Shown here piece by piece: positions 47,675 through 59,990 of a DNA stretch of 64,000 bases. The notes under the pieces are model-generated. The model saw only the letters and a list, made by a program, of their open reading frames with translations, did not search any database and had not been told where the DNA came from. A program made the translations under genes and the position numbers. Each line of letters opens with the position of its first letter. Within the stretch, counting starts at the first letter, position 1. This DNA is from Lama glama. Lineage: Eukaryota. Where the stretch lies: contig CM052821.1 of assembly GCA_028534125.1 (NCBI GenBank), positions 4,650,001-4,714,000 of the forward strand. Direction: 5' to 3'.

Positions 47675-50149
47675 TGCTTTCCATCCACTGTGGCCTCAGC
47701 AAGGGCGGCCACAGTGTTCGTTCGTGCATGTGCATGTTTGTACTGGTGCACACATACACACCAGACTGTGCTGCCTGGAGTGGAGGAAGGANNNNNNNNN
47801 NNNNNNNNNNNNNNNNNNNNNNNNNNNNNNNNNNNNNNNNNNNNNNNNNNNNNNNNNNNNNNNNNNNNNNNNNNNNNNNNNNNNNNNNNNNNNNNNNNNN
47901 NNNNNNNNNNNNNNNNNNNNNNNNNNNNNNNNNNNNNNNNNNNNNNNNNNNNNNNNNNNNNNNNNNNNNNNNNNNNNNNNNNNNNNNNNNNNNNNNNNNN
48001 NNNGTAAATCTGCCTTCTCAATTGGGGGAAGGGGGAGTGAGGAAAAACGAGATGCTCACTTCTCTCTTTTCCTGTTTTTTTCTTATGCTGTGCAAACCTC
48101 CCCAATTCTTTTGTCCTCTCCTAGTCTCTTCTCTCAACCCATGAAACCTTCACACTGAAATTTCCAATTTTTGGCTTTCCATCGGGATTTGAGGGGGTTG
48201 TTTCAGTTTGCAGAAGAGTTTCAAAAGAAACCCCAAGAAGGTCCCCCTCACCAGGCCCTGGGTGGGAATAGCTTGGTGGGATTGTGGTGAGAGACTTGGA
48301 AACTGGAAGCTCCCAGTTGCCTTGGTTTGTCCTCCCTCCATCGTCATTTCACTTGGAGGTAACTCTAGGTAGGAGCCTTTTCCTGGGACAGGAGGGTAAA
48401 GGCAGGAAGCAGGATGTTGGGTGCCAGGAGCCAGCAGGGACACAAGAGCTTCAGAGCTGGGTTGGTGGAGGCCTCTGACACACTGAGATTCTGGAGGGGC
48501 CAGTGGGCCTCCGAGAGCGGCCAGGGAAGCCGCAGGAGCTGTCCACCAAAAGATATATGTCTGCTTTCTCGGAAACTCCTGGATCATACCGTCGTTCCCT
48601 CTCCTTGAGCACACACCCTGCCTGCTGAGTAGAGACAATTTCAGGCCAATAGTCTATTTACTGTAAAGGCAGGGTCCAGCTGCTCCTCATACCTCTCAGG
48701 AGACAGTCGGGATGGCAGGGAGGAAGGCCTTCTCAGAGGGGCCAGAGCTGGTAACCCTTGGGGAATTCTGGTTCTTCTTGTACTTCCTTTTTCAGGACCC
48801 ATAATCACCCTTCTCTCCCTCTTTATAGCAATCAGGACCTGTTCTGGAGAAGTCCCTCTGTGTTAGAGAGGTTCCTCTCCATCTCATCTGTTGCAGTGCT
48901 AAACCTGAACTCCTTTCTAGTCCTGGAAACAATGGGTGCCTGATTGCTGCCTGGTTTCCAGATCCTCCCTGGTATCTGGTATCTGTAAGAGAACGACCCT
49001 AAAACATCAATCTCATCTCTCTCCTCCTCCCAGGTTTCCCTTCAGAGGCCTACAATCACCTCAAGGCCATCCTCTCTGTTTCCTAAGTCTTCAGGGACAA
49101 AGGAGAGAGCAAGGTTAGGATGGGAGAAGGGAGGGGGAAAGTCGTGAGCAGGAGCCATTGGAACCCAGGCTTCCAGCCTCCCAGCATCTGGGCAAGCACT
49201 CCCTCCCATCCCAGGGAGGTCAGCCATTGCCCTCAGCCCTGGTCTCGGACTGCTTCTCTATCCTGGTGATAAATCCTGTCTTTGTCTCCCCTCCAACCCA
49301 GGCCCCAGGCGGCTGGGGGTCAGAGGCTGGGGGAGGGGTCAGTGTGGAGGAGGGAGGGATACAAGGAGAGGGGAGGAGAAGATGGACAGGAGCAGCTGGC
49401 GAGCAGGCATGGGGGGCGCGCAGTGAGGGGATAGGGCCTCTTGATTCTACAGATCCTGACTGCACATTCCAGCAGGTCTGCATTCCAAGTGAAAAAGCCA
49501 GGATTCCTTGGAATCCTGGAAATACCTTGGGAATGGTCCCTGGAGCATCAGGAATACTGGGGTGGGGGGGTGGGGGAGTCAGGGAGGGGGCCTGCTGGGA
49601 GAACAGGGAGAATGAGAACATTGTGGGGATCATCTCTATTCCCACCACAGATCCCTATGTGCCTGTGCCCTGCGTGTATGCACATAGACAGACACACAGA
49701 CACACAGAGCACACATGTAAGATTTATGGCCCAGCAGGGTGAGGGAGCCCAGAAGGTCCAGCCTGCCCACTGCCTGGCCCCTCCCCAGCTGCCTTCTCTT
49801 GCAGTGACTTTCGTAACTCCATCTCTCCATCTCTTTTTCCCTGCTCTCAGCCTTGCCACTCTCTCTGTGCGGGTTTCTCTCACTCTCCCAGTTTGCTGTG
49901 CTGCCTTTCTGCTAACTCTCAGCCTCTGTCCTCTTGGTCTCTGTTACTTTTTCTCTCTCATTTTGCTTCTCTTTCCATCTTCCTGTCCTTCTCCTCCCAC
50001 CTCTTCTAATTCTTTGGACTCTCCATCCATCCTGTCCTACCATCCCCTGATCTCACTGATACCCCAGAGCCCTCTGTCTGGCCCGGGGAGGGGGTAGGGG
50101 GGACAGTCAGTTTGCAAGGAGGAACAAGAAGGAGAAAGAGGCTGAGGTT

Positions 50150-50270
50150 GGGGGGACGGTATAGCTCAAGTGGTAGAGCACATGCTTAGCATGCATGAGG
50201 TCTGTGTTCAATCCCCAGTACTTCCTCTAAGAATAAATAAATAAACTTAATTCCAACCCCCCAAAAAAAG
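50150..50270 (+). mobile_element. tRNA-Ala-derived SINE (vic-1 type)
   Basis: GGTATAGCTCAAGTGGTAGAGCACATGCTTAGCATGCATGAGGTCTGTGTTCAATCCCCAGTAC plus an (AAAT)n/A tail. Confidence 0.85.
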
Positions 50271-52695
50271 AAAAGTGGCTCTAAATGAGGCCCTGCTTTG
50301 GTGGGAGGTCTGGGATCATACTTCGTTATGATATGGGATGGGAGGAGGTGGGAGGCCAGGTGACCAGGAGAAAAGTTCAACAAGGGGAGGAGGGGTGACG
50401 TGGGAGAGAAGAGAGATTGACAGTGAAGAGACACAGAAGGGCAAACACTAAAGAGACTAAGGGTTCCCTTGAAGTGTGTGTTTTGGGTCAGCCTGAAGGG
50501 GAGGAGCTGATGGGGGCATCTACTGAGTCCTGTTGAGACACAGATCCAGACACAGGAACGGGAGACCCAGCCAGAGAAATAAAGACATGATGTCCACCCG
50601 GCAGCCACAGTTCTGAGCTCTCTTGCCTACCTGGGAAGGTCTCACAGACCTCCTTCTCCTCTGCAGACAGTCTTGAAGGGCTGGTTCCCTCCCCGCTCAC
50701 CTCTTACCCCACCTCCCCCGCCCTGGCCCATCAGGGAGAATGACATCAGCTCTGGCCGCCAGTGTCCTCGGCCTGCTGATGTACTCTCTCCTGGGTGAAA
50801 CACAGGCCAACAACCTCTGTCCCACCCATTTATTCTCCAGTGCAGGAGCTGGGGTTTACACAAGCCAGCACCCCGGGGTGGGAGTGGGAGGATGCTGTGC
50901 CAGGAAGGCCTTTGCAGGATAGGTGGAAAAAAAAGGGGGGCCTGGGTACCAGGGGGAGGGAGAGGGACTGGAGTGGGGCATGGAGAAAGAGGGGCTGCAG
51001 CACTAAATCACCCTGTGGGGGGGCTGTCTCTGCCTGAGCTCAGTGGGGTGGGGAAAGGATAGATATTTGGGGAGGGGGAGAAAAGAATGGGGAGTCGCCA
51101 CATCTGGCAGGCAGGTGTCTGGCACTGTTCGGGCTGTAGTCACTTTCCCAGCCAAAAGGGAGGATGGGGGAGAGGGCAGGAGGGGCTTCCCAGGGTCCCT
51201 TGCAGAAGAGGGAAAGGCTCACAAACAGAGACAGACGGCCAGAATCAGACAGCAAGAGACCAAGGGAGGGAGATAATCAGACCCTGCTCCCCAGTCTCTG
51301 CTTGTCAGTACTGGGGACAGGTTTGCTTGTGGTCCTAAAAGAAAATTGTTGGCCAGAGGACTGGGTAGGCCAGGGCACCAGACTCCTATTCCTAGTGGGA
51401 AACAGAGAAGGCAGGCAAAGTTCAAACCAGACCAGGCTGGGGAAACAAGCTCAGAGAACTCAAGTGTGAGGACTGGATAGAACGCCATTCTCCACACCAT
51501 CACTGATCAGCAGCCCCCAACTCTCACACTGACATGACCCCCCACACCAGGGTCAGTGCAGGGTAGGAAGATTAGGATGGGGAGGCTGGACATTGCTTTT
51601 CCCCCAGCTCTGACAGGCAAAGACAAAAATACCTAACCCTTATCCCTTGGACCCAGACTTTCAATGCAGGACTGTGGGGGTGGTATACCCGAGCGAGCAT
51701 CCTTCTTTTTCTCCGTCTGCTGAGGGAAAACCCAGGCACAGGTGCCCCACAGTTGCTGAGCTGAATTGCTAGGTTCTCACAGAAGAGCAGGCAAGTCTAG
51801 ACAACTCTAGATTTCACGTTGATGCTCGAGAGTCTCTTCCCGCTCCAGTTACTTTCCTTCCCTCATCCTTTCCTAACTCAGGTCCTGATGCCGTCCCCCT
51901 TGCTTAATCCTGGAATTACAGGCCCATCTCATGAACAGTAGAGGTGACTGAGGAGACCTTTAGAATGGNNNNNNNNNNNNNNNNNNNNNNNNNNNNNNNN
52001 NNNNNNNNNNNNNNNNNNNNNNNNNNNNNNNNNNNNNNNNNNNNNNNNNNNNNNNNNNNNNNNNNNNNNNNNNNNNNNNNNNNNNNNNNNNNNNNNNNNN
52101 NNNNNNNNNNNNNNNNNNNNNNNNNNNNNNNNNNNNNNNNNNNNNNNNNNNNNNNNNNNNNNNNNNNNNNNNNNNNNNNNNNNNNNNNNNNNNNNNNNNN
52201 NNNNNNNNNNNNNNNNNNNNNNNNNNNNNNNNNNNNNNNNNNNNNNNNNNNNNNNNNNNNNNNNNNNNNNNNNNNNNNNNNNNNNNNNNNNNNNNNNNNN
52301 NNGTGGGAGGTGCAGGAAGGGAGCCGGGGCTGCAGGCGAGCCCCCACGCAGGTGCGCGTCTCCGGGTTACTAATGGCTGAGGCGGGAGCAGGCAGCTGGC
52401 TTTGGTGGTGGTGGGGGAGAACTCAGTTCCCTGGGACTCCCACTGAGAAAATACCATCCCCACCCCACCCCTGGCGCCAATTTCCAGGCGAGTGGCCGGA
52501 GAGATGCCAAGGAGGGAAACAGCTCCGTAAATTAGGGATGGGGAGTGGAATGCTGGGGAGTCTCTGAGGTAGGAGGGAAGAAATATTATAAGATGGGGAG
52601 CGAGGAGGGGAAGCTAGAGGAATAGGAGCAGCTGCCAAAAAGAGAGGAAGAGGAACAGAGAACATCACACAAAGGCAGTTTGGAAAAAGAAATGT

Positions 52696-52701
52696 TTTAT
52701 T
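52696..52701 (-). terminator. COPZ1: COPZ1 polyadenylation signal AATAAA
   Basis: tttatt on + strand, about 1.37 kb past the stop, followed on the - strand by a T-rich element (catttctttttcc). Confidence 0.7.
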
Positions 52702-54068
52702 CCTCTTTGCACAGAGCAGTATATGAAGGTGGCCATCATCCTGACCCCATACATCACTGACACAAAAATGCCCCCTCAAGGATGCCCAGTTATCCGCCCC
52801 ACTTGAGTCCTGGAGAGTTGTCAGTGAGTCGGGCAGAACACTAAGTCTCAGGAAGGCTTTTTGAGACATTTTTGTGGGAAGTTTGGGGCCAAGGGGAAAG
52901 ATGAGACCCACGAGTGGGTGTTCCATCCTCCATCTTCCTGGGGACATCCAAATCCCAAAGGTTTTCTGAAGAAAGGCACCTCTCTCAGCAACCCAGGGAG
53001 GGGAGGCGCCCAGACCTACCGCCTGGATGTGAGGCTGAGGCGGAGAGAGGACAGGGTAAAGCCGCAGAGATCACAGACCCCAGGCTGAGGAGTGAAATGC
53101 ATGCGGGGGAGAAAAGGGGACCGAGAGAGCCCAGAGGCCCAAGTCATAAATTCCACCCTGTCCCCAGTATGGAGCAGAAACTCTTCTTCCCAAGACTAGA
53201 ATGGAGTTTTAGTTCAGGGACTGGCTTTGCTCCAGGGCACAGAGAGGACAAGCCAGGCAAAGATCCCATGGGTGGTGAAGGTGGAGAGTTAAGGTATCCG
53301 GACCAAGCGATGGACACTCCCACAACGAACACTCAGACCACAGGGGGTGTGGAGCTATAAGCCAGGGTCGGGGGGGAAAAATGCAGCTGTGTGTGTCTGG
53401 AATACAGAATTTTTTATCAGCCCTCTCCAATAAAATTTAAATCACTGCTTCTTCGACCCTGTCCCTTGCCCATGAGCTGTTTCCAATCCTTTTTCCCAAG
53501 GCAGGAGGACTGGGCAGTAAGAAGGAATAAGAGAAATTATCAAGGCCAGCAAGCAGAGCTGCAGCTGAGACTTGCCCTGCCTCTCCCCACCCCCACTCAT
53601 TCTATAGAAAAGAATTCTCTCTCCCTCCCCTTGCTGGACATATGGGCTGTTGGGATGAAGGCCGGTAAAGGCAAAGGGAGGAAAACACTCAGCACATTCT
53701 TTCCCCTGCTTTGATCTAAAGTGTAGCTGCAGCAAAGGGCACAGAAGTTGAGGAGAAAATATGGGGGACAGGAGAGCTTGGGAGCATAAGCCCGTCTAGA
53801 AAGGAAGAGGGTGCTTCCCCTGCCCTTTGTCCAAATTGCTGAGAGCTTTACTCCCACAGCTGCAAAAAGGAGTGAGAAGGAAGGGGAAGTGTATAAGGGT
53901 TGGAGCAGGGAGAGAGGGGGTGGGGGGCAACCACAAACAGAACGGAGATTGAAGGATCCTTGTGATCCCCCAGATGACCCTGAGAGCATCAGCTGGGGGA
54001 CTGGATGAGAAGTCACAGCAGACATGTGGATTTTTTGAGGGAGTGAGAAGCCAGGAACAGTGGGGTCT

Positions 54069-57000
54069 TCAGCGAAGGAGTGACCACTTGATCTGCTCTT
54101 TGGCTGACTGCAGCACCTGCAGGGACAAGGGCAGCACTGAGGGCGTGCTGGGGGCAGAGTGGGGATGGGGACTGCGGCTCTCCTTCCCCTCACTTGCCTT
54201 CCCTGTCCTCAGAAGAATGGCAAATAAAAAAATCCCCAAGGGTAGAGGGATGGGAAGAAGCTCTCTAAGGCCCTAGAGGATTGTCAGTTTGGGAAATTCC
54301 AAAAACATTCAAATCCACTGGGGGGATGAAGAAAGAAGAGGTATACCTGGGAAGAAAGAAAAAAACTGGGGGTTACTGGACATGTGTTGGGGGGGGTTTA
54401 CCACATCCAGATGGACTTCTTGGTGATAATTCCAAGTGGGTAGAAAACAGAATCCCTCCTCTGCCCACCCCACGGCATCAGGTAGACAATCTATCTGCAA
54501 AGTAGCAGGATGGATCTGCAAAACCCGCATATTCTAGAATACGCATTTCCAGCTTAGCCCTCATTTGAATAATAAGAGAAAGAGAGAGAGTGTGTGTGCA
54601 CACACATAGACCATCTGCTTAAGGCAAGCCTCTGCTGGGGAATAAATCACTGAATGAGGCATCAGGCAGGGAGGGTGTGAAGGGTACAGAACAAGGCTGA
54701 CAGCCACTGCTCACAGGAAACTGGGATGGGAGCTGGGAGGGGCAGGGAGCGGTGGGCTGTACAAGTCCCCATTCTCTGGACTAAGAGGGAGCCAAAGAAG
54801 ATTTGTCTGCAGTCTCCAGTCTCCTGCAGGCTGGCTGGGTGGGTTGGGGTGGATGCTACGCTAGCCTCTTTAGGGACCCAGTCCATCTGGAGAGGAAGAA
54901 GGAGGAAAGTCATACCTGAGACACAGTCTGCTCCGTAAGGGGGACATCTTCTCCCTACGGCACAGAGAGACAAGCATTCAGCGTGGAAGAAGGCTGGAAT
55001 AAGACCTGACTGAGACTGGGCAGTGCAGAAGGAGGAGGTGGTCCTTTAAACTGAAGCGAAGGGCAGATGCCCTAAATGTCTCAGTCCCTCCTAGGGACTA
55101 GTTAGTACAGCCACAATTGTACTTGGCCAGAGGGACCCTGGAGCAGAAAGGGGTCACTTCATCCATCTTCTGTTTTAAGGCAGGAGGACTTCTTAAAAGA
55201 TTTATTCCATTCCAAGTCATCAGCAGGTTATCTGATCCACAACTTGGAGGTGGGAGACCTGATTCCCTAGTCAGAGAAGACCTTCCCTGAATATCAATAT
55301 CGCTAGGGAAAGGATGAGGGGGAGCCCGGGGTAGTTTAATGGATCCCGCAAGGCCTGATGGGTAACGACAGCATGTTAATTTGAAGAAATAAACTGCTGC
55401 AACAGCAGCCTGAGAAAGGGAAGGAGGGAGTTGGTGAGGGGGGAGAACCTTCTCTCTTGCCACATAGAGACATATGTTAGAGGAGAAGATTAAACTATGC
55501 AAATGGAGCCCACGGCAGTTAAGGGAGAAGATTTCCCATTACCCGGCACTGTCAGCCTTCACTCTGTGGAGGTCAGAGCCGGGGACGTTCTACGAATGGG
55601 GAGACTGGCTTTGCTCAGACAGCTCTGCACATCTACAATTTGCTGGTGGGCTCTTCTGCACCCAGCAGAACTGGGGCTCGCTATGGTTAATTCAGAGGCC
55701 TCTTTCTGATTCCGCTAGCAAACAGGACAGAGGTTCCGGCAAATAAGTACTTCTTGATGGAAACGTGTTATTCTCCATTAGATAAGACTTTAAAAGACAA
55801 GGAAGACATTCCTTTGCCTCAGATGATTGGGATTCATCCCCAAGGGAAGAATAAGCTAACCTCAAATTCCTTTATAGTTTCAGAACCATCAATATTACAG
55901 TTCCTTTAATTTCATCTTTGATTTCATAAGTATGTATTAAATGTCCACTGTGTGCAAAGACTGTATGAGATGCTAGGTACCAGGTTAGGGGCAGAAATAC
56001 ATTCCTTTTGCTTCTCTTCTTTGAGACAGTGAGAATTTGCAAGGGAAGGAGACGTTGCATGGATTCCATAAGCCGGACCCTTAGATGCATTTAACAGGTC
56101 TGGCCCTGGAGGGCGAGCAGACAGGGGAGGGAGGAGAGCTTAGTCCCACTTACCCTTAATGCTACCCGGTGCACCACTTGCTGGGGATCACTCTCTAGGA
56201 TCACCCTGAAAAGACAAAGAAGAGACCACTGTTCATTCGGTCCTGGAGGACCAACTTGCTGTGGGGATACTCTGGTCACTCAGCCCACTTGCTTCAGAAC
56301 AGGGGCAGTGGCCCCACTCCCTCACCCCAGGTTCAGGGAGGTCCGTGGATGTCAGAGAACTCACCCTCCATCTACGATTTCATCCACAGCCAAAAAGAGC
56401 CCCTCCATGTTCTCCAGCAGAGCTCGCTTTTCTACATTTTTCCTGAGTCCACAAGAGAAGAGAAAAACCAGCCTGGGTGTGAAAGGGATCCTAGGACACC
56501 ATCTGAGTTGGGGATCCTAAACTAGACCAATAAATGTCTCCACTAACCACACAGACAAAGAAGTAAATAAGCAAATAACTTTCTGGCTAACCCACTCTAA
56601 TCCCCTTCCTACTTTTATTTGATGAGAAAGGATTAGAGATGTCAGGTAAGAGATTCAAAATATACAGTCAGTTTCTGACTGTTCAAGGGCTGATTTCCAG
56701 AGCTAGTGTTTCTTTCCTACCTGCCATGACGCAGCTGACAACATTGCTCATGAACACTGACATCAGTGGGTGGAAAAAAGGAAATAAACAGAGCTAAAGC
56801 TCAACCTGGAGGTGGCGGGAGATGAGGAGGGGTTGAGTGCAGTCTATTTGCACTCAAGCTCCGACAAACTTTCTAAGCTTCTCTCCACTCCCTCTCCTCT
56901 CCCTCCCTCCCCAGCTCTGCTCAGGCCTTGAAAAGAAGCCCAGCTAGGGGGCTGAGACCAGTCGGGCCCAGCACCCACCAGCCTCAGATCCGGTGGCTGG

Positions 57001-59990
57001 TGCGTACTGCCGGTCACATCCGTCAGTTTGACTCTTTCACTAGATCACCGAAATGAAGTCTATTCATTCACCTGGCTAAGAAATAAATCATCCCCTTCCT
57101 GAGGAAATCTGAGCCATTCACCCTGCTGATTTTGTGGGGCCGAGAGTGCCTGCTGCTCTGCTCCGGACGGCTGTCTGTACGGGGTTCACTTGAGAGCCCG
57201 GGAGGTTTTCAGGAAAAGTATCTTATATCTCTTCTACTGCCCATCTATGTAGGGAATAGAGGGCTGGTGGGGAGGTGGACGGGGAGGAGAGGGTAAAAGG
57301 CACATTCCTGTTCTACAGAAGGAAAAACTAAGGGCTAGACATGAAAAATTAAGAGTGCTGCCTTCGTCCCCACGGTGCCAATGTTTCATCTGAGACATTT
57401 CCCTATGCATGTCTCTTCTCTACGTCTGATGCAAAGAATGAAGGCCAACCAGGAAAGCACCTTGAAGGTGCTTGGGCCTCTGACAGAGCCACTGGGGAAC
57501 ATGAGAACAGACGCAGAGGTGAAGATTCTGCTCCCTCCCAATCCCTTTTCTCAGGAGAATTACTTTCCAGGAGTAACAGACTCTCCCATCCAGTCCTCCC
57601 CATCAGTGCAAATCACTCTGAAATAATAAACCCGACTTCTCAAGGTGAATCAACTCCTGGAGCCTCTGCTGATCCCCTACAAACCCCTGGGCCTGAAGAA
57701 TAGTGACTTTCTCTCCCAAACAGATGTCAAGAATGGCCTGCTCACCTCAGCATCTGGCTCAATGAGTCGAAGAGGCAGTTCAGAACAGCCATGAGCATTA
57801 GCTGTTTGGAGACAGAAGAAGCAGAAGGATAAGGTTCAAGGCCCTGAAAGTGGCTACCTGAAAACCCTCTGATTCATTAAGCATCAAAGGACACAGGCTT
57901 TCACAAAGGACCAAAAGCATAAGGTGGAAGTGAGAGCAAAACAGGAAGAGGACCTGTGGTTTCTCACAGAAATAAATTCTGCTACACGAACCTGCAATTA
58001 GAAGTCTCTCTTTGACCAGACTGCAAACAGAACTTCCCTGTCACAGTCCACTGCATGTCTTTACCAACAGTATATGTGTTACCCTATGTGAGAAATCATT
58101 AACCAAGCAATAGCTGAGGTCAGAGAGCTGTGGGAAAAGCATGGACTTTGGAGTCAGACAGACCTGGGCTTCCCTCCCAGCTGGGCCATTTCTAGCCGTG
58201 TGACCCTGGGAAAGTTATCTGGTTGAGGGGGGTGAGGCATATAGCTCAGAGTAAAGCATGTGCTTGGCATGCACGAGGTTCTGGGTTCAACCCCAGTGCC
58301 TCTGTTAAGGGGGAAAAAAAGTAAAAATAAGTAATACGTATTTAAAAAAAAAGTTATCACGTCGAACCACATGAAACTGCCACTTTTACAGTTCAATGGT
58401 TGTCAAATACAAGTAATTGCATATGGTTCCTCAAGGTTTAGTTTCTTCATCTATAATGCCCAAAACTCAAAGAAGTGCTATAAGGTTTAAATAACAATGT
58501 ACTCTACAAAGCACTTACAGCAATAAGAGCTCTGGGAGAACTGGTTCTCTCAAACTTCTACTTTTGCCTCAAATTATATGGGGGCCCATTTTTACTTATG
58601 TACTCTCCTGGAAGTTGCAACCTAAGGTTAATAGTTTTTCTGCGTATAGGAAGTAAGTTAGAACTATACCCACAGTCCTCTCAAGTGAGCTCCTCAAAAT
58701 GTATGGCTTCAACATGACCCAGAATGTTGCCTAATTGACCCAAACTCAGCTGGGTGTGGACCCTTCACAGCAGGAGCAAGGATCCCTCTGAACCTTGACC
58801 ACACCTCAGAAATCCATCTTAAAAAACACTATCCAGGGCGGGAGGGTAGAGCTCAGTGGTAGAGCGTGTACTTAGCATGCACAAGGTCCTGGGTTCAATC
58901 CCCAGCACCTCCATTAAAGAAAACAAACAGAAAAACACTACCCAGGGAAGGCCACTGATATTATACGTTGGTATGTATTAAAACACAGACGGTGTGTCCC
59001 ACATGGAAATAAGAAATCTGGGAAAACTTCCAGTCTAGGTTGCTTCAGTTGCTAGGCCACGTCTGTGAGGCTGATGGATCTCATTAAGCAGGCAGAAGCC
59101 AGAGGGATGTGACAGTCCTAGGGCCCAGAACCAGGCACGAGGTCCTGCCTGTGGTTCAGGAGGTGGGAGCAGAGACGGTAAAGAGGGCGGGCAGTCTCAC
59201 CTCATTCTCATAGGAGCTGCCAATCACGTAGAAATAGAGATCGATACTGCTTTTGTATACCACCGTCAGGCCTTCCAAGAGGGCAATTTCACCTGGGGGG
59301 TGGGGAGTGGAAACAGTGAGACAAGGAAGTGGGACAGAGAGAGTTACCATGAACACCTGGAATCCAGCTGTGTAGGGATGAGGTAAGGTAGGTCTTAATG
59401 ACCCCCCAAGATGGAAGTTGACCTGCTTTTTCTTTTAGGGTCATAGCAGAAGAAGGCAAGTATAAACCTGGTGGAGTCTAACTGTATCTTCTCTGGCCGC
59501 GCTACCCCTCCCCACCACTCCCNNNNNNNNNNNNNNNNNNNNNNNNNNNNNNNNNNNNNNNNNNNNNNNNNNNNNNNNNNNNNNNNNNNNNNNNNNNNNN
59601 NNNNNNNNNNNNNNNNNNNNNNNNNNNNNNNNNNNNNNNNNNNNNNNNNNNNNNNNNNNNNNNNNNNNNNNNNNNNNNNNNNNNNNNNNNNNNNNNNNNN
59701 NNNNNNNNNNNNNNNNNNNNNNNNNNCCCGCGTGAGGCACACTCACCTCCCCATTACATTTCTGAAGAGTTTATTATACGAGGGGAGGAGGGAAAAAAAA
59801 GAGAAAAAGGAGGCAGAGTCATTTTATCCTTTCTCCGCAGTCCTGCCGCGACCCCCTTCCCGCCATGGCTCCCCCACCACAGGGCGCAGGGAAAGGAAAA
59901 CGACCTACTGTCAGTCCGATGGGTCTTGTTGAAAATGTTCTTCTCAAAGGCCTTTTGCTCCTTGACACTGGGGTAGGTGTCGTCATAGTA
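54069..59990 (-). CDS. COPZ1: Coatomer subunit zeta-1, exons 3-9, 5'-partial
   Basis: Minus-strand exons 59990-59909 ([27 protein letters not shown]), 59292-59201 ([30 protein letters not shown]), 57801-57746 ([18 protein letters not shown]), 56442-56365 ([25 protein letters not shown]), 56205-56154 ([17 protein letters not shown]), 54954-54916 ([13 protein letters not shown]), 54116-54069 ([15 protein letters not shown]). 447 nt, all GT-AG. Confidence 0.97.
58227..58350 (+). mobile_element. tRNA-Ala-derived SINE (vic-1 type) inserted into a MIR
   Basis: tRNA-like head, A tail and a diverged target-site duplication aaagttatctggttga / aaagttatcacgtcga. Confidence 0.85.
58836..58930 (+). mobile_element. 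tRNA-Ala-derived SINE (vic-1 type) with clear TSD
   Basis: Head GAGCTCAGTGGTAGAGCGTGTACTTAGCATGCACAAGGTCCTGGGTTCAATCCCCAGCACCTCCA; TSD aaaaacactatcca (58822-58835) / aaaaacactaccca (58931-58944). Confidence 0.9.

Noticed and set aside
58836-58913. Possible tRNA-Ala(AGC) gene (also the four similar copies)
   Set aside because: Mismatched acceptor and anticodon stems, an A-rich tail, a 14-bp TSD and several diverged copies indicate a SINE, not a functional tRNA gene.
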